Below, in pieces: positions 47,094 to 57,189 of a DNA stretch of 64,000 bases. A program made the position numbers and the translations under genes. Numbering within the stretch: the stretch's first letter is position 1; each line of letters opens with the position of its first letter. Source of the DNA: Candidatus Doudnabacteria bacterium. GTDB taxonomy: Bacteria; Patescibacteriota; Doudnabacteria; UBA920. The stretch is taken from positions 48,222 through 112,221 of the forward strand of contig JAEUSF010000001.1 in the NCBI GenBank assembly GCA_016788665.1, read 5' to 3'. The notes beneath the pieces are model-generated. The model searched no databases. It was not told the origin of the DNA and saw nothing but the letters and a program-made list of their open reading frames with translations.

Positions 47094-47131
47094 ATTATTT
47101 AAAAATTATAAAATTACAAATTAAAAATTAT

Positions 47132-48310
47132 ATGCACATTGGAGTTTTTTTTGGCAGCGGAAGTGTTGAACACGACATTTCTATAATTACCGCTAACTTA
47201 GTTATAAATGGGCTTAAGAGCTTAAACCATTCTGTGACTCCTGTTTATATTACCAAGCAAGGTAAGTGGATGCTGGGCGAAGAGCTTGGTGACTTAAAGC
47301 TTTTTTCTGACCCAGCCAAAAAAGTAGAAGATCAAAAAAAATATTCAGAATATTATTTAGATATGCAGGAGTCGGTGGGAAAGATGGTGTTTAAGAAAAA
47401 AGGTTTAATGGGTAAGTCAGTAGCCATAGATTTAGCTTTTCCAGCCATGCACGGGACTCTTGGTGAGGACGGGACTTTGCAAGGATTGTTTGAAATGTTC
47501 CGTCTGCCTTATGTGGGCTGCGGGGTCGCAGCGTCGGCGGTGGCAATGGATAAGGCTCTGACTAAAATTGTTATGCAGTATGCAGGTGTTAGAACAACTA
47601 AATTTAAAGTGTTGTTCAAAAATGATTGGGAGAAGGACAGCGAGTTAGAGAAAAGTAAAGTAAGAGAACTGGTTTTTCCGGTTTTTGTTAAGCCTGTACA
47701 TTTGGGTTCTTCTATAGGCATTGGTAAAGCGAAAGATGAAAAAGAATTGGAGCAAAAAATAGAAGTAGCTTTCTTTTACGATCATAAAATTGTGGTGGAA
47801 GAAGCAGTGGAAAATTTAATGGATGTTACCTGCTGTGTAATAGGAAACAATGAAACCGATACACAGGCTTCAAATTTGCAGGAGTCGGTTTATACCCAGG
47901 ACATGTTTAATTTTGAAGATAAGTATATAACCGACGGGGGTAGCCAAACAGGCAAGGCTCAAAATAAGATGGTTATTCCTGCAAGATTAAACAGCGAGCT
48001 TACTAAAAAAATTCAAGATACTGCGAAAGTGGTTTATAAAGCTGTTGAGTGTACAGGTATTGCCAGGGTAGATTTTTTAGTAAATACTAAAACTAATGAA
48101 TTTTTTGCCAATGAAATTAATCCAATGCCTGGAACGTTGTATCATCATTTGTGGAAAGCCAGCAGCGTCGAGCTTCCAGATTTGTTAACAAATCTTATTA
48201 ATTTTTCGCAGGAGCAATACAAGGAAAAGCAGAGCGTAAATTTTACATTTGAGTCGAGTGTTTTAAAAGGATTGGGCGGGAGTAAGGGTAAGCTTGGAAA
48301 GCTTGGTTAA
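47132..48310 (+). CDS. ddl: D-alanine--D-alanine ligase
   Basis: ATP-grasp architecture, N-terminal HIGVFFGSGSVEHDISIITA, C-terminal catalytic motifs. Confidence 0.9.
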   Translation: MHIGVFFGSGSVEHDISIITANLVINGLKSLNHSVTPVYITKQGKWMLGEELGDLKLFSDPAKKVEDQKKYSEYYLDMQESVGKMVFKKKGLMGKSVAIDLAFPAMHGTLGEDGTLQGLFEMFRLPYVGCGVAASAVAMDKALTKIVMQYAGVRTTKFKVLFKNDWEKDSELEKSKVRELVFPVFVKPVHLGSSIGIGKAKDEKELEQKIEVAFFYDHKIVVEEAVENLMDVTCCVIGNNETDTQASNLQESVYTQDMFNFEDKYITDGGSQTGKAQNKMVIPARLNSELTKKIQDTAKVVYKAVECTGIARVDFLVNTKTNEFFANEINPMPGTLYHHLWKASSVELPDLLTNLINFSQEQYKEKQSVNFTFESSVLKGLGGSKGKLGKLG

Positions 48311-48411
48311 ATTTATGTTTCATCGGAATTCTGCCTTTGGGTGGTGGAACACAAGCAAAATGCTGTTGGTTTAATAAAAAACATTCAACAAATTTTATTT
48401 TTTTTACAAAT

Positions 48412-48442
48412 ACAGTCCTCTATATATAATATAGAGGACTGT
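48412..48442 (+). terminator. perfect 31-bp palindrome (terminator/promoter element) between ddl and rnhB
   Basis: acagtcctctatatataatatagaggactgt; contains TATAAT. Confidence 0.5.
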
Positions 48443-48469
48443 ATTTAAATAGAGTATTATAAATTTGCA

Positions 48470-49105
48470 ATGGACATTGATTTTGAAAATAAAAAATTAC
48501 TCGACGGGTATTCGGTGGTTATTGGTTGCGATGAGGTTGGGAGAGGTTGTTTAGCTGGTCCGGTTGTCGCTTCTGCGGTAATAATGAAGCCGGGGGTTAT
48601 AGTGTCAAACTTAGAGGTTAGAAAAATTAAAGATAGTAAATTGTTAAGTGCAAAAAAAAGAGAGGAGTTGGTAAAAGTAATAGAGGAGTGTTCGATATGG
48701 AGCATTGCCGAAGTTGAAGAAGAAGTTATAGACAAAATAAATATTCATAACGCTAGTTTGCTTGCCATGAAAAAAGCGATTATGGGTTTAGTGTTTCCTC
48801 ATTTAACTTCTGGCGGTACAAATGGAGCATTTGTTTGTGTTGATGGAAAATTTGTTATCCCAGAGTTAGATATAAAGCAGCAGGCTATAGTGGGAGGAGA
48901 TAATAAAATTTTTTCCATTGCAGCTGCTTCCATAATTGCAAAAGTCTACAGAGACGAGCTTATGAACAAGCTTCATATTAAACATCCTGAATACAACTTC
49001 GCAAAACATAAAGGCTATGCAACTTTATACCATAGACAAATGATACAAAAGCATGGGCTCGCTGTGTGCCACAGACGTAGTTTTTGCAAAAAGTTATTTT
49101 TGTAA
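48470..49105 (+). CDS. rnhB: ribonuclease HII
   Basis: GCDEVGRGCLAGPVVASAV catalytic motif. Confidence 0.9.
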   Translation: MDIDFENKKLLDGYSVVIGCDEVGRGCLAGPVVASAVIMKPGVIVSNLEVRKIKDSKLLSAKKREELVKVIEECSIWSIAEVEEEVIDKINIHNASLLAMKKAIMGLVFPHLTSGGTNGAFVCVDGKFVIPELDIKQQAIVGGDNKIFSIAAASIIAKVYRDELMNKLHIKHPEYNFAKHKGYATLYHRQMIQKHGLAVCHRRSFCKKLFL

Positions 49106-49324
49106 AATTTATTTACTGATTATTAGATTCAAAAGGTCGGTAAATATTTTATTCCAATATTTATTTTATTTTACCCGCGCACCTTTTATTGACAATGGTG
49201 CTAGAAGATATTAGCTAACTTGTATAGTTAGGGGTTTGGACAGGGCGTGGCTTGTAATTTCTGAAAAGTATTCTTATTGGCTGTTTACGGTTTTAGAAAC
49301 AGTTGTTATAATGCTTAACGATTC

Positions 49325-49415
<91 letters not shown>

Positions 49416-49509
49416 GTTTCTCTTAAGCTTCCTCTGGACCGTATTCATCCACATATGTTTTAGGAGAAGTGTAAGATTTAGAGAAGGGTAATGAAGAATA
49501 TACCTGATT

Positions 49510-50091
49510 ATGAAAATTTTATTCATTAGGCATGGTAGAACCACAGGAGATGATGAAGATCGGTATGGTGGTGACTATGACGATCATCTGTCTGTTCAAG
49601 GACAAGAACAGGCTAAAATTTTAGCAGAAGAGTTAAAAAAATACCCCGTAGAGTATATTGTTTCCAGTCCTTTGATGCGTGCGCGTGAAACGGCAGAAAT
49701 AATTTCTCAAGGAAGCATACCCGTTAAGATCGAACCCCAGCTTAAGGAAAGAAATCAGTACGGTGTTCTTACAGGGAAAATTAAAAGCATAGCTAAGCAT
49801 CAACAACCTGAGCTGGTTGAGAAATTAAAAGATAGATTCGAAACCCTCCAAGGTGCTGAGTCTTACGATAAATTTGTAAATCGTATACAGCAGGCTTTTG
49901 ATATACTTATATCAAATAAAAAAAATAACTGTGTAGCGGTGGTTTGGCATGGGGGCCCCATGAAGGTTTTATTTAGAGAAATTTTAATGAAAGGTGAGGT
50001 AGAGTGTGGAGATTGTGCGTGGGTTGAGCTTGAAAATAAAAATCAAGATTTAATTATAGTTAATTCAAAGAAAATTGAATTTTTATTTTAA
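49510..50091 (+). CDS. histidine phosphatase family protein (phosphoglycerate mutase-like)
   Basis: RHG catalytic motif (ILFIRHGRT), second His in VVWHGG. Confidence 0.7.
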   Translation: MKILFIRHGRTTGDDEDRYGGDYDDHLSVQGQEQAKILAEELKKYPVEYIVSSPLMRARETAEIISQGSIPVKIEPQLKERNQYGVLTGKIKSIAKHQQPELVEKLKDRFETLQGAESYDKFVNRIQQAFDILISNKKNNCVAVVWHGGPMKVLFREILMKGEVECGDCAWVELENKNQDLIIVNSKKIEFLF

Positions 50092-50156
50092 AATAGACGC
50101 TGCTAAACTCTTTTAAGAACGGTATAAGCTTTTTATTATATTGGTGTTAATAATTT

Positions 50157-50780
50157 ATGCTCATAAAATTTAATAATATTGTTTTCGATTGGTCGGGGGT
50201 TATAAAGGATTGCGTTGAAGATCACTTATTTGTGGTAAACCACATGTTTAAGGAACTTGGCGCGCCGGAAATAACTATGGAAGAGCTCAGGGCAAATTGG
50301 GTACAGCCGTATATGCTGTTTTATAACAAATATTTACCGTCTCTAACATTGGAACAGGAGCATGATGCATACAGAAGAGCTATTGCAAAAGCGCCAAAAG
50401 CAAAGCCATACCCGGGTATAGCCGAGGCTATTAAAAGGTTTAAAGACAAAAGTATTAATATGGCGGTTGTCAGTTCCGATTTTCCTGAGACCCTTTTTCA
50501 AGAAATTGAAGTGTTTGGACTTAAAAACATATTTCTTGATGTTGTTACAAATGCTCACAATAAGTCGGATAGTCTGGGTGAATTAATTCAAAAGCATAAT
50601 TTCGTTCGGGAAGAAACTATTTTTATTGGAGATTCTAACCATGAAATAGAAGCAGGTAAAAACCAAGGAATAAAGACAGGGGCGGTAACTTGGGGTTACT
50701 CTGAGAGGGAAAGACTATTGGCTTCCATGCCCGATTTTTTGGTTAGTAGTATAAAAGAATTGGAAGACTTGGTTAAATAG
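50157..50780 (+). CDS. HAD family hydrolase (variant motif I DxS)
   Basis: IVFDWSGVIKD motif I-like, Rossmann-like HAD core, DSN motif IV. Confidence 0.55.
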   Translation: MLIKFNNIVFDWSGVIKDCVEDHLFVVNHMFKELGAPEITMEELRANWVQPYMLFYNKYLPSLTLEQEHDAYRRAIAKAPKAKPYPGIAEAIKRFKDKSINMAVVSSDFPETLFQEIEVFGLKNIFLDVVTNAHNKSDSLGELIQKHNFVREETIFIGDSNHEIEAGKNQGIKTGAVTWGYSERERLLASMPDFLVSSIKELEDLVK

Positions 50781-50845
50781 ATTTATTGTATAAATGTGTT
50801 ATTTAAAAAAACAGGCGGCAAGTCTGTTTTTTTATATCACACAAG

Positions 50846-52243
50846 GTGTTACTCGACGAAGTGAGAAAAATGCTACATAATGGAAAAAACAGATTAACGA
50901 ACAAAACCAATATGCATAAATATTATGGCGGGGAAACAGAGAGGGCTTTAAAAAATTTTCCTTTTAGTACGCATAAAGTTCGGCAAGAATTTGTACGTGC
51001 CTTGGTTTTTATAAAAAAGGCAGCTGCTTATGCAAATTTTGAGGACAAAGGTTTTGGTATGGAAATAAGCCGCGCCATCTCGAAAGCGTGCGATGAGGTT
51101 TTGGGTGGTAAGCATGAGCAGCAATTTTTATTGCCAGCCTTGCAAGGTGGTGCGGGAACTTCTGTTAATATGAATGTCAACGAAGTTCTTGCTGGTTTAG
51201 CAACCGAGATGTTAAACAAGCAAAACAAAAAGTTTAAAGTGCATCCTAACGATCATGTTAATCGTTCTATGTCGACTAATGACGCAAATCCTTCCGCTGT
51301 GAAAATAGCCGCGTTATTTTTAAAGGAGAATTTAGAACTCGCTTTGGAAAATCTTGTAAAAGTTTTTGAATTAAAAGGGGTAGAATTTAAAAAAAATAAA
51401 AAGTTAGGCCGAACTCATTTGCAAGATGCTGTGCCTACTACTTTGGGCGCTGAGTTTTTTTCATACGCGGCTACTATTCAAAGACATTTGGGCAAGATTA
51501 AAAATACCTCTGGTTTACTGCAGGAGTTAAATTTGGGCGGCACGGCAATTGGTAATTCAATAAACGCAGATGCTGTATATATTAAATCTGTTTATAAAAA
51601 TTTAAATAAGTTCACGGGGCGAAAGTTTAGGCCTGCAAAAAATTTAATGTCTCTGACTTCGAGCCAAACAGATTTTTTGGCAGTCTCCCAGGCTGTTACG
51701 TCGCTTTGCGTAGACCTTTCAAAAATTGCTAATGATATAAGACTTTTGGCTTCGGGCCCAAGAGGAGGTTTGGGTGAGATAAGTTTGAAAAAGTTGCAAA
51801 AAGGTTCTTCCATAATGCCTGGTAAGGTGAACCCTGTTTTGCCAGAGACGGTAAACCAGCTTTATTTTTTAGTTTCGGGTAACAATTTGGCAATAGAGCA
51901 TGCTGCTCACGCTTCCCAATTGGAGCTGGGGGTCATGGTTCCCGTTATTGCTGACAAGCTCTTAGAGAGTCTGAAGTTAACCACTGAGGTAATTTCTGAA
52001 TTTGCTAAAAATTGCATTGTTCCTATGGTGGCAAATGCAAAAGAGTTAGAGAAGTATTTGGAAAATTCAACAGCGTTCTCTACCTTATTTGTGCCATTGC
52101 TGGGTTACGACGTGGTAAGCGAAGTGGTTAAAAAGTCTGTGCTGGAAGGTAGGACTTTAAGGGAAGTAATGCTAGAAAAAAAACTTGTAACTAATGAGCA
52201 GTTTGAAAAGGTAATTAACAATTTTAAGAAAAATGTACATTGA
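50846..52243 (+). CDS. aspA: aspartate ammonia-lyase (fumarase/aspartase class II lyase family)
   Basis: Signature GSSIMPGKVNPVLPETVNQ...QLELGVMVPVI matches aspartase more closely than fumarase C. Confidence 0.65.
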   Translation: MLLDEVRKMLHNGKNRLTNKTNMHKYYGGETERALKNFPFSTHKVRQEFVRALVFIKKAAAYANFEDKGFGMEISRAISKACDEVLGGKHEQQFLLPALQGGAGTSVNMNVNEVLAGLATEMLNKQNKKFKVHPNDHVNRSMSTNDANPSAVKIAALFLKENLELALENLVKVFELKGVEFKKNKKLGRTHLQDAVPTTLGAEFFSYAATIQRHLGKIKNTSGLLQELNLGGTAIGNSINADAVYIKSVYKNLNKFTGRKFRPAKNLMSLTSSQTDFLAVSQAVTSLCVDLSKIANDIRLLASGPRGGLGEISLKKLQKGSSIMPGKVNPVLPETVNQLYFLVSGNNLAIEHAAHASQLELGVMVPVIADKLLESLKLTTEVISEFAKNCIVPMVANAKELEKYLENSTAFSTLFVPLLGYDVVSEVVKKSVLEGRTLREVMLEKKLVTNEQFEKVINNFKKNVH

Positions 52244-52844
52244 TTTAACAAGGCCGTTTAACGGCACTATGCCGGTATATCCTGGTGACCCATTGCCGAG
52301 CTTATTAAAGATAGCAAATTGCGATGTAGATGGATTTGAAGATCATGAGCTAAAGTCTGCAATGCACGTTGGGACCCACATGGATGCTCCGGCTCATATG
52401 ATAGCCGGAGGTAAAAAAATTTCTGAGTACGGGCCTGAAAAGTTTATTGGTCAGGCGGTTTTACTTAACGCTGCGGGGTTGTCAGAAATTTCAGAGGAAA
52501 TATTAAGTAAGGCAGATATTAGTCAGAGCGATATGGTAATTATTAAAACTGGCTGGGAAGATAAATTTTTTGAACCAGAATATTTTGCAGATTATCCAGG
52601 ATTGACAGAAAATTTTGCAAAAAAACTTTTAGGACTAGGGGTGAGTATATTAGGTTTAGATACTCCAAGTCCAGACAGATCTCCTTACGCTGTACACAAA
52701 ATTTTATTGTCTGGTGAAGTATTAATAATTGAAAATTTAACAAATTTAAAAAGGTTGCCGGAAAATAAAAAGTTCGAGCTTATTGCTTTGCCGCTTAAAT
52801 TAGAATCGAACGCCTCGTTTTGCCGCGTCGTTGCAAAAATTTAA
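52233..52844 (+). CDS. cyclase family protein (kynurenine formamidase-like)
   Basis: Putative cyclase (PF04199)-like HxGTHxDxPxH region (MHVGTHMDAPAHM). Confidence 0.6.
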   Translation: MYIDLTRPFNGTMPVYPGDPLPSLLKIANCDVDGFEDHELKSAMHVGTHMDAPAHMIAGGKKISEYGPEKFIGQAVLLNAAGLSEISEEILSKADISQSDMVIIKTGWEDKFFEPEYFADYPGLTENFAKKLLGLGVSILGLDTPSPDRSPYAVHKILLSGEVLIIENLTNLKRLPENKKFELIALPLKLESNASFCRVVAKI

Positions 52845-53944
52845 AAATGAAAAAAATTTTAATTTTATATACATCGGCCGGTTTAGGTCATAAGACCATG
52901 GCTTTTAATTTGGGTAAGCAGGCAGAGAGCAAGGGATTTGGGGTTAGTTATTTAGACGTATATGAGGCCGAGGACGGAATTTTAGTTTCTGTAGGTAGAG
53001 TTGTGTATAAACTTATTTACGAGCACTTGCCGTGGGTATGGAGGTTTGTCTATACGAACAAAAGCTTTATAAACTTTTCGTTGAAATTCAGGCTTCGGGT
53101 AGCGGCCAAAAAACATATTGAAACAAAAAAAGTAATAGATAATTTGTTGCCGGATATGATAGTAACAACTCAGACCTCAGCTTCTGCCATTGTGGCTTAC
53201 CTGAAAAAACATGGTCTTTATAAGCAGCTATTTGGCATTGCTTTTTCGGACTTTCATTTGCACAGGTTTTGGCTGTATGAGCAGGCGGATTTTTATTTGG
53301 CAAACACCTTGGAGCAGAAGGCCGAAATGATCAAATTAGGTGTGGATAAAGAAAAAATTTTTGTTTGTGGTATGAGTTTGGAAAAAGCCTCGATTGTTGC
53401 GCCGCAAGTTGTAAGGGAGAGGTTGGGTGTTGAAGTGCGCGAAAAAGTTGTTCTTTTTACGGGTGGTTCGTTAGGGTATGGTATAGATTATAAATTGGCA
53501 AGGAGGCTTTCGGAGTATGAAAATGTTAGAGTCTTTATTGTGTGTGGAAAAAACGCTCAATTTTACGAGAGCTTAAAACAAATTTTTAAAGATACTCGTG
53601 TTATGGTATATGGGTATTATGAGCCAATGAAAGAATTGTATTCTTTGGCAAATGTTTTTATTTCTAAACCAGGGGGATTGTCGGTTAGTGAAGCGTTATC
53701 CTATTTTTTACCAATTATAATTTCTGGAGTGTTGCCTGGTCAGGAAGAAAAAAATTTGGAATTCTTAAATAAGAAAGAATTGGTTGTAAAAACAGGCGAA
53801 GACCTTTTGGGTATTGTTTTAAAAGAGTTGAATACAGGCAGTTTTGCAGCAAAATTGAAAATGAATCCCAATAGACAGCTCTTGTTAGACGGAGAGGTTG
53901 GTGCGGGGGAGGTTATGGGGAATTTGCTTCACGTAAGCTCTTAA
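52820..53944 (+). CDS. GT28-family glycosyltransferase, MGDG-synthase/UgtP-like diacylglycerol glycosyltransferase
   Basis: N-terminal KILILYTSAGLGHKTMAFNL; C-terminal GT-B domain with FISKPGGLSVSEAL. A likely start is the internal MKKILILY. Confidence 0.6.
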   Translation: MPRRCKNLKMKKILILYTSAGLGHKTMAFNLGKQAESKGFGVSYLDVYEAEDGILVSVGRVVYKLIYEHLPWVWRFVYTNKSFINFSLKFRLRVAAKKHIETKKVIDNLLPDMIVTTQTSASAIVAYLKKHGLYKQLFGIAFSDFHLHRFWLYEQADFYLANTLEQKAEMIKLGVDKEKIFVCGMSLEKASIVAPQVVRERLGVEVREKVVLFTGGSLGYGIDYKLARRLSEYENVRVFIVCGKNAQFYESLKQIFKDTRVMVYGYYEPMKELYSLANVFISKPGGLSVSEALSYFLPIIISGVLPGQEEKNLEFLNKKELVVKTGEDLLGIVLKELNTGSFAAKLKMNPNRQLLLDGEVGAGEVMGNLLHVSS

Positions 53945-54054
53945 GAGTGAATATTGGGTAAAGGGACGTTATTTTAATGAAACAATAGAGTTGTTTAAAG
54001 TTTGACTAATTCGTGTGATTTGTTTATCATATTTTTGTAATTAACTTAAAATCC

Positions 54055-54612
54055 ATGCCCAAGAAAGAAAAAGCTTCGTTTTTCGGTAAAATAATGGGAG
54101 CTAGTATAACCGAGGACGAACAACCAGAACCAGTGCCTGTTTCACCTGCAGTTGAAGAAGCTGAAGAGCTTCTGGAAGAGGAGCCTGAAGAGGTTGAAGT
54201 GGTAACTGTTGAAGAAGAGGAAGTAGAAATTCCTGAACAAACCAAAACAAAAGAGCAAAATGAAGAGTGGATGTCAGATTTTGAAGGGCAGCTAAATATA
54301 GATATGTACCAGACAAAGGACAATGTTGTTGTAAAGTCTACCATTGCAGGGGTAAGGCCGGAAGATATAGATATTACAGTTGCAAACGACATGCTGACCA
54401 TCAAGGGTAGTAGAAAAAAAGAAGACTCAGTAAGCCAGGACGACTATTTTTACCAGGAATGCTACTGGGGAAATTTTTCAAGAAGTGTGATTATTCCTAT
54501 AGATATAGATAGTGAAGCTATAGAGGCAGACTTAAAAGACGGAATTTTAACAGTTATAATTCCTAAAGCGGCAAAAGCCAAAACCAAGAAAGTTAAAGTA
54601 AAAGGTTTATAG
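54055..54612 (+). CDS. Hsp20/alpha-crystallin family small heat-shock protein with acidic N-terminal extension
   Basis: ACD core (DMYQTKDNVVVKSTIAGVRPEDIDI...GILTVIIPKA); a terminator hairpin follows at 54626-54660. Confidence 0.85.
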   Translation: MPKKEKASFFGKIMGASITEDEQPEPVPVSPAVEEAEELLEEEPEEVEVVTVEEEEVEIPEQTKTKEQNEEWMSDFEGQLNIDMYQTKDNVVVKSTIAGVRPEDIDITVANDMLTIKGSRKKEDSVSQDDYFYQECYWGNFSRSVIIPIDIDSEAIEADLKDGILTVIIPKAAKAKTKKVKVKGL

Positions 54613-54803
54613 AAATGTCTTATTTAACCCCATCTCTTTGTAAGAGGAGATGGGGTTTAAAAATGGCTTAGAAAATGGTACAATCTTATTAAGAAAACAA
54701 TAAAGATCCGACTTTCTTCTTTATTCTTAAAAGAAGAATACGAGCTGCCAACTTGATTTTTGAGAAAGTTATTTGGCAAAATTTGGGTTAAAGGAAAAAT
54801 TTA

Positions 54804-57050
54804 ATGGGAAAAAATAAAAAAGAGAATAAAGAAAAAAAATTTGAAATGCCGAAAGCGCCTGAGCTTAATTTGGCATCAGAGACAAAACGAGGAATCATGG
54901 TTGTGATTTTTGTGGTGCTTTCAATTGTTAGTTTGCTCGCGGTGTTGAATGTTGCTGGTAGTTTGGGGCAGAGTTATTTGGCGCTGCTGAATTGGTTTAT
55001 GGGTGTGTTGGGATATTTTGTTCCGGCTATTTTGCTATTAGTAGCTGTGCTTTTGGCAAAACACAAAATAGCTTCCGAGGAAGGAAGTGTGGACTCCTCT
55101 TTTTATTGGAGGGTTTATCTAGGATCTTTTTTATTGACTGGAGCAATTGCGGGACTTGTGCATGTTGCTTATTTAACTTCGGGAGAAGGTGCTTTTGTTT
55201 TGGCGTCTGAGGGTAGGGGCGGTGGTATGTTGGGGGCTGTGTTTGCGAGTTGGTTGTTTAGCCATTTAGGCATGTTGGCGTCGGGTATTATATTATTTGC
55301 ACTTTTGGTAATAGGCGTTATGGTGGCGTTTGATATAGCTTTAAGTGCTTTGTGGGCGAAGAAGAAATTGCCGGGTGGTTTGGCAAGTCCGGCTGCATTA
55401 CAGGGCGTTAAAATAAACAGTATGGCAAGCCAGGGTTTTGTAAATGAAAAAGTTGTGTCAAAAAATCCTAAACTAAAAAGCAAGGAAGACGAGAGTTTGG
55501 AAGAGGAAGCGGAACAGTTGCAGACACCTAAGCCTATAGTAATAAAAACTCCACAAATACCCAGCGGGCCCCAATTGGAAAGTTTGGCAATTGCCGATAG
55601 GACAGACTGGAAGTTGCCCCAATTCGATTTGCTAGAGGATAGTAAAAATAGCGTGGACAGCGGAAATATTGAACTTAATGTTGCCATAATAAAAAAGACG
55701 CTTGGTGATTTTGGTATTGATGTCGAAATGGGAGAAGTTAATGTGGGTCCAACTGTCACGCAATATACGCTCCGTCCGACTACTGGAGTAAAGCTTTCCC
55801 AAATAGCGGCATTGCAGAACGATCTTGCCTTGGCGTTATCGGCTCAGACTATAAGAATGGAATTACCTATTCCGGGTAAGCCCCTGGTTGGTATTGAGGT
55901 TCCAAATAAAACCTCTGCCATAGTTAGACTTAGGCAGGTTTTACAAAGCGTGGAATATACAGGGCATAAGTCAAAACTTGCCTTGGCGCTAGGTCGTGAC
56001 GTGGCTGGTAAGGCAGTTGTGACTGATTTAGCCAAAATGCCACACTTATTAATAGCAGGTGCTACAGGTACGGGCAAAAGCGTTTCTATAAATTCCTTGT
56101 TTATTTCATTGCTTTATAGAAACACTCCTCAGGACGTAAAGTTTATTGTGGTTGATCCTAAAAGGGTGGAAATGACCCCATATAACGGTATACCTCATTT
56201 ATTAACTCCGGTTATAACTGACCACGAAAAAGCCGTGAATGCGTTAAAATGGGCTGTTGCTGAAATGGACAGAAGATACAAGTTATTGGCGGAAGCGGGC
56301 AAGCGAAATATTTTGGAATACAATGAAGAAAATGGTTTGCCCATGCCTTATATTGTAATTTTGGTTGACGAGTTGGCTGACTTAATGGCTGTAGCACAAG
56401 CTGATGTTGAATCTACTATTGTTCGTCTGGCTCAAATGGCTCGTGCGGTGGGTATTCATTTAGTTTTGGCAACACAGAGGCCAAGCGTGGAAGTTATTAC
56501 GGGTCTTATAAAGGCAAATATTACTTCTCGTGTAGCTTTTGCGGTTGCAAGCCAAATTGACAGCAGGACGATTTTAGATTCTTCCGGTGCCGAAAAGCTT
56601 TTGGGGAACGGGGATATGTTGTATACTTCCGCAGAGTCCAACAAACCTAAGCGTATTCAGGGCGCGTATATTGGTGAGAAAGAAGTGAAAAAAGTTGTTG
56701 ACTTCTTTAAGGCGCAAGCTGGGGCTGTGTTATACAACGAAGAGATTGTGGAAAAGCCAAAAAGAGCTATGGGTATTCCTGGCTTTGAGGGTTCTGATAG
56801 TGGTGACGGGGACGCTCTATTGGCGGAGGCAAAGGACGAGGTTATGAGGGCAGGCAAGGCCTCGGCTTCTCTTTTGCAAAGACGCTTGAGAGTTGGTTAC
56901 GCTAGGGCAGCTAGATTGCTGGACTTATTGGAACAGCAGGGAATAATTGGCCCAGGTGATGGAGCTAAGCCAAGAGAGGTTTATGGAGTTTCGTCGGCAG
57001 AAAAAGCGGAGTATGGAATAGAAGAAACTGCGTCTGAAAGCGAACAGTAA
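54804..57050 (+). CDS. ftsK: DNA translocase FtsK
   Basis: N-terminal TM segments, Walker A LLIAGATGTGKSV, RecA-like motor, C-terminal winged-helix gamma domain (LLQRRLRVGYARAARLLDLLEQ). Confidence 0.9.
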   Translation: MGKNKKENKEKKFEMPKAPELNLASETKRGIMVVIFVVLSIVSLLAVLNVAGSLGQSYLALLNWFMGVLGYFVPAILLLVAVLLAKHKIASEEGSVDSSFYWRVYLGSFLLTGAIAGLVHVAYLTSGEGAFVLASEGRGGGMLGAVFASWLFSHLGMLASGIILFALLVIGVMVAFDIALSALWAKKKLPGGLASPAALQGVKINSMASQGFVNEKVVSKNPKLKSKEDESLEEEAEQLQTPKPIVIKTPQIPSGPQLESLAIADRTDWKLPQFDLLEDSKNSVDSGNIELNVAIIKKTLGDFGIDVEMGEVNVGPTVTQYTLRPTTGVKLSQIAALQNDLALALSAQTIRMELPIPGKPLVGIEVPNKTSAIVRLRQVLQSVEYTGHKSKLALALGRDVAGKAVVTDLAKMPHLLIAGATGTGKSVSINSLFISLLYRNTPQDVKFIVVDPKRVEMTPYNGIPHLLTPVITDHEKAVNALKWAVAEMDRRYKLLAEAGKRNILEYNEENGLPMPYIVILVDELADLMAVAQADVESTIVRLAQMARAVGIHLVLATQRPSVEVITGLIKANITSRVAFAVASQIDSRTILDSSGAEKLLGNGDMLYTSAESNKPKRIQGAYIGEKEVKKVVDFFKAQAGAVLYNEEIVEKPKRAMGIPGFEGSDSGDGDALLAEAKDEVMRAGKASASLLQRRLRVGYARAARLLDLLEQQGIIGPGDGAKPREVYGVSSAEKAEYGIEETASESEQ

Positions 57051-57189
57051 ATATAATTAAATTCTAAATTGCAAATATTTGGGTGCCAGTAAAATTCGGA
57101 GTTGGCTTCTTAAGTAAGAATTAACCCTGAAACTTTCGGCTTCTGCGTATTCGTTAAAATTTGTAATTTGGTACTAAAGATTTTGATCA

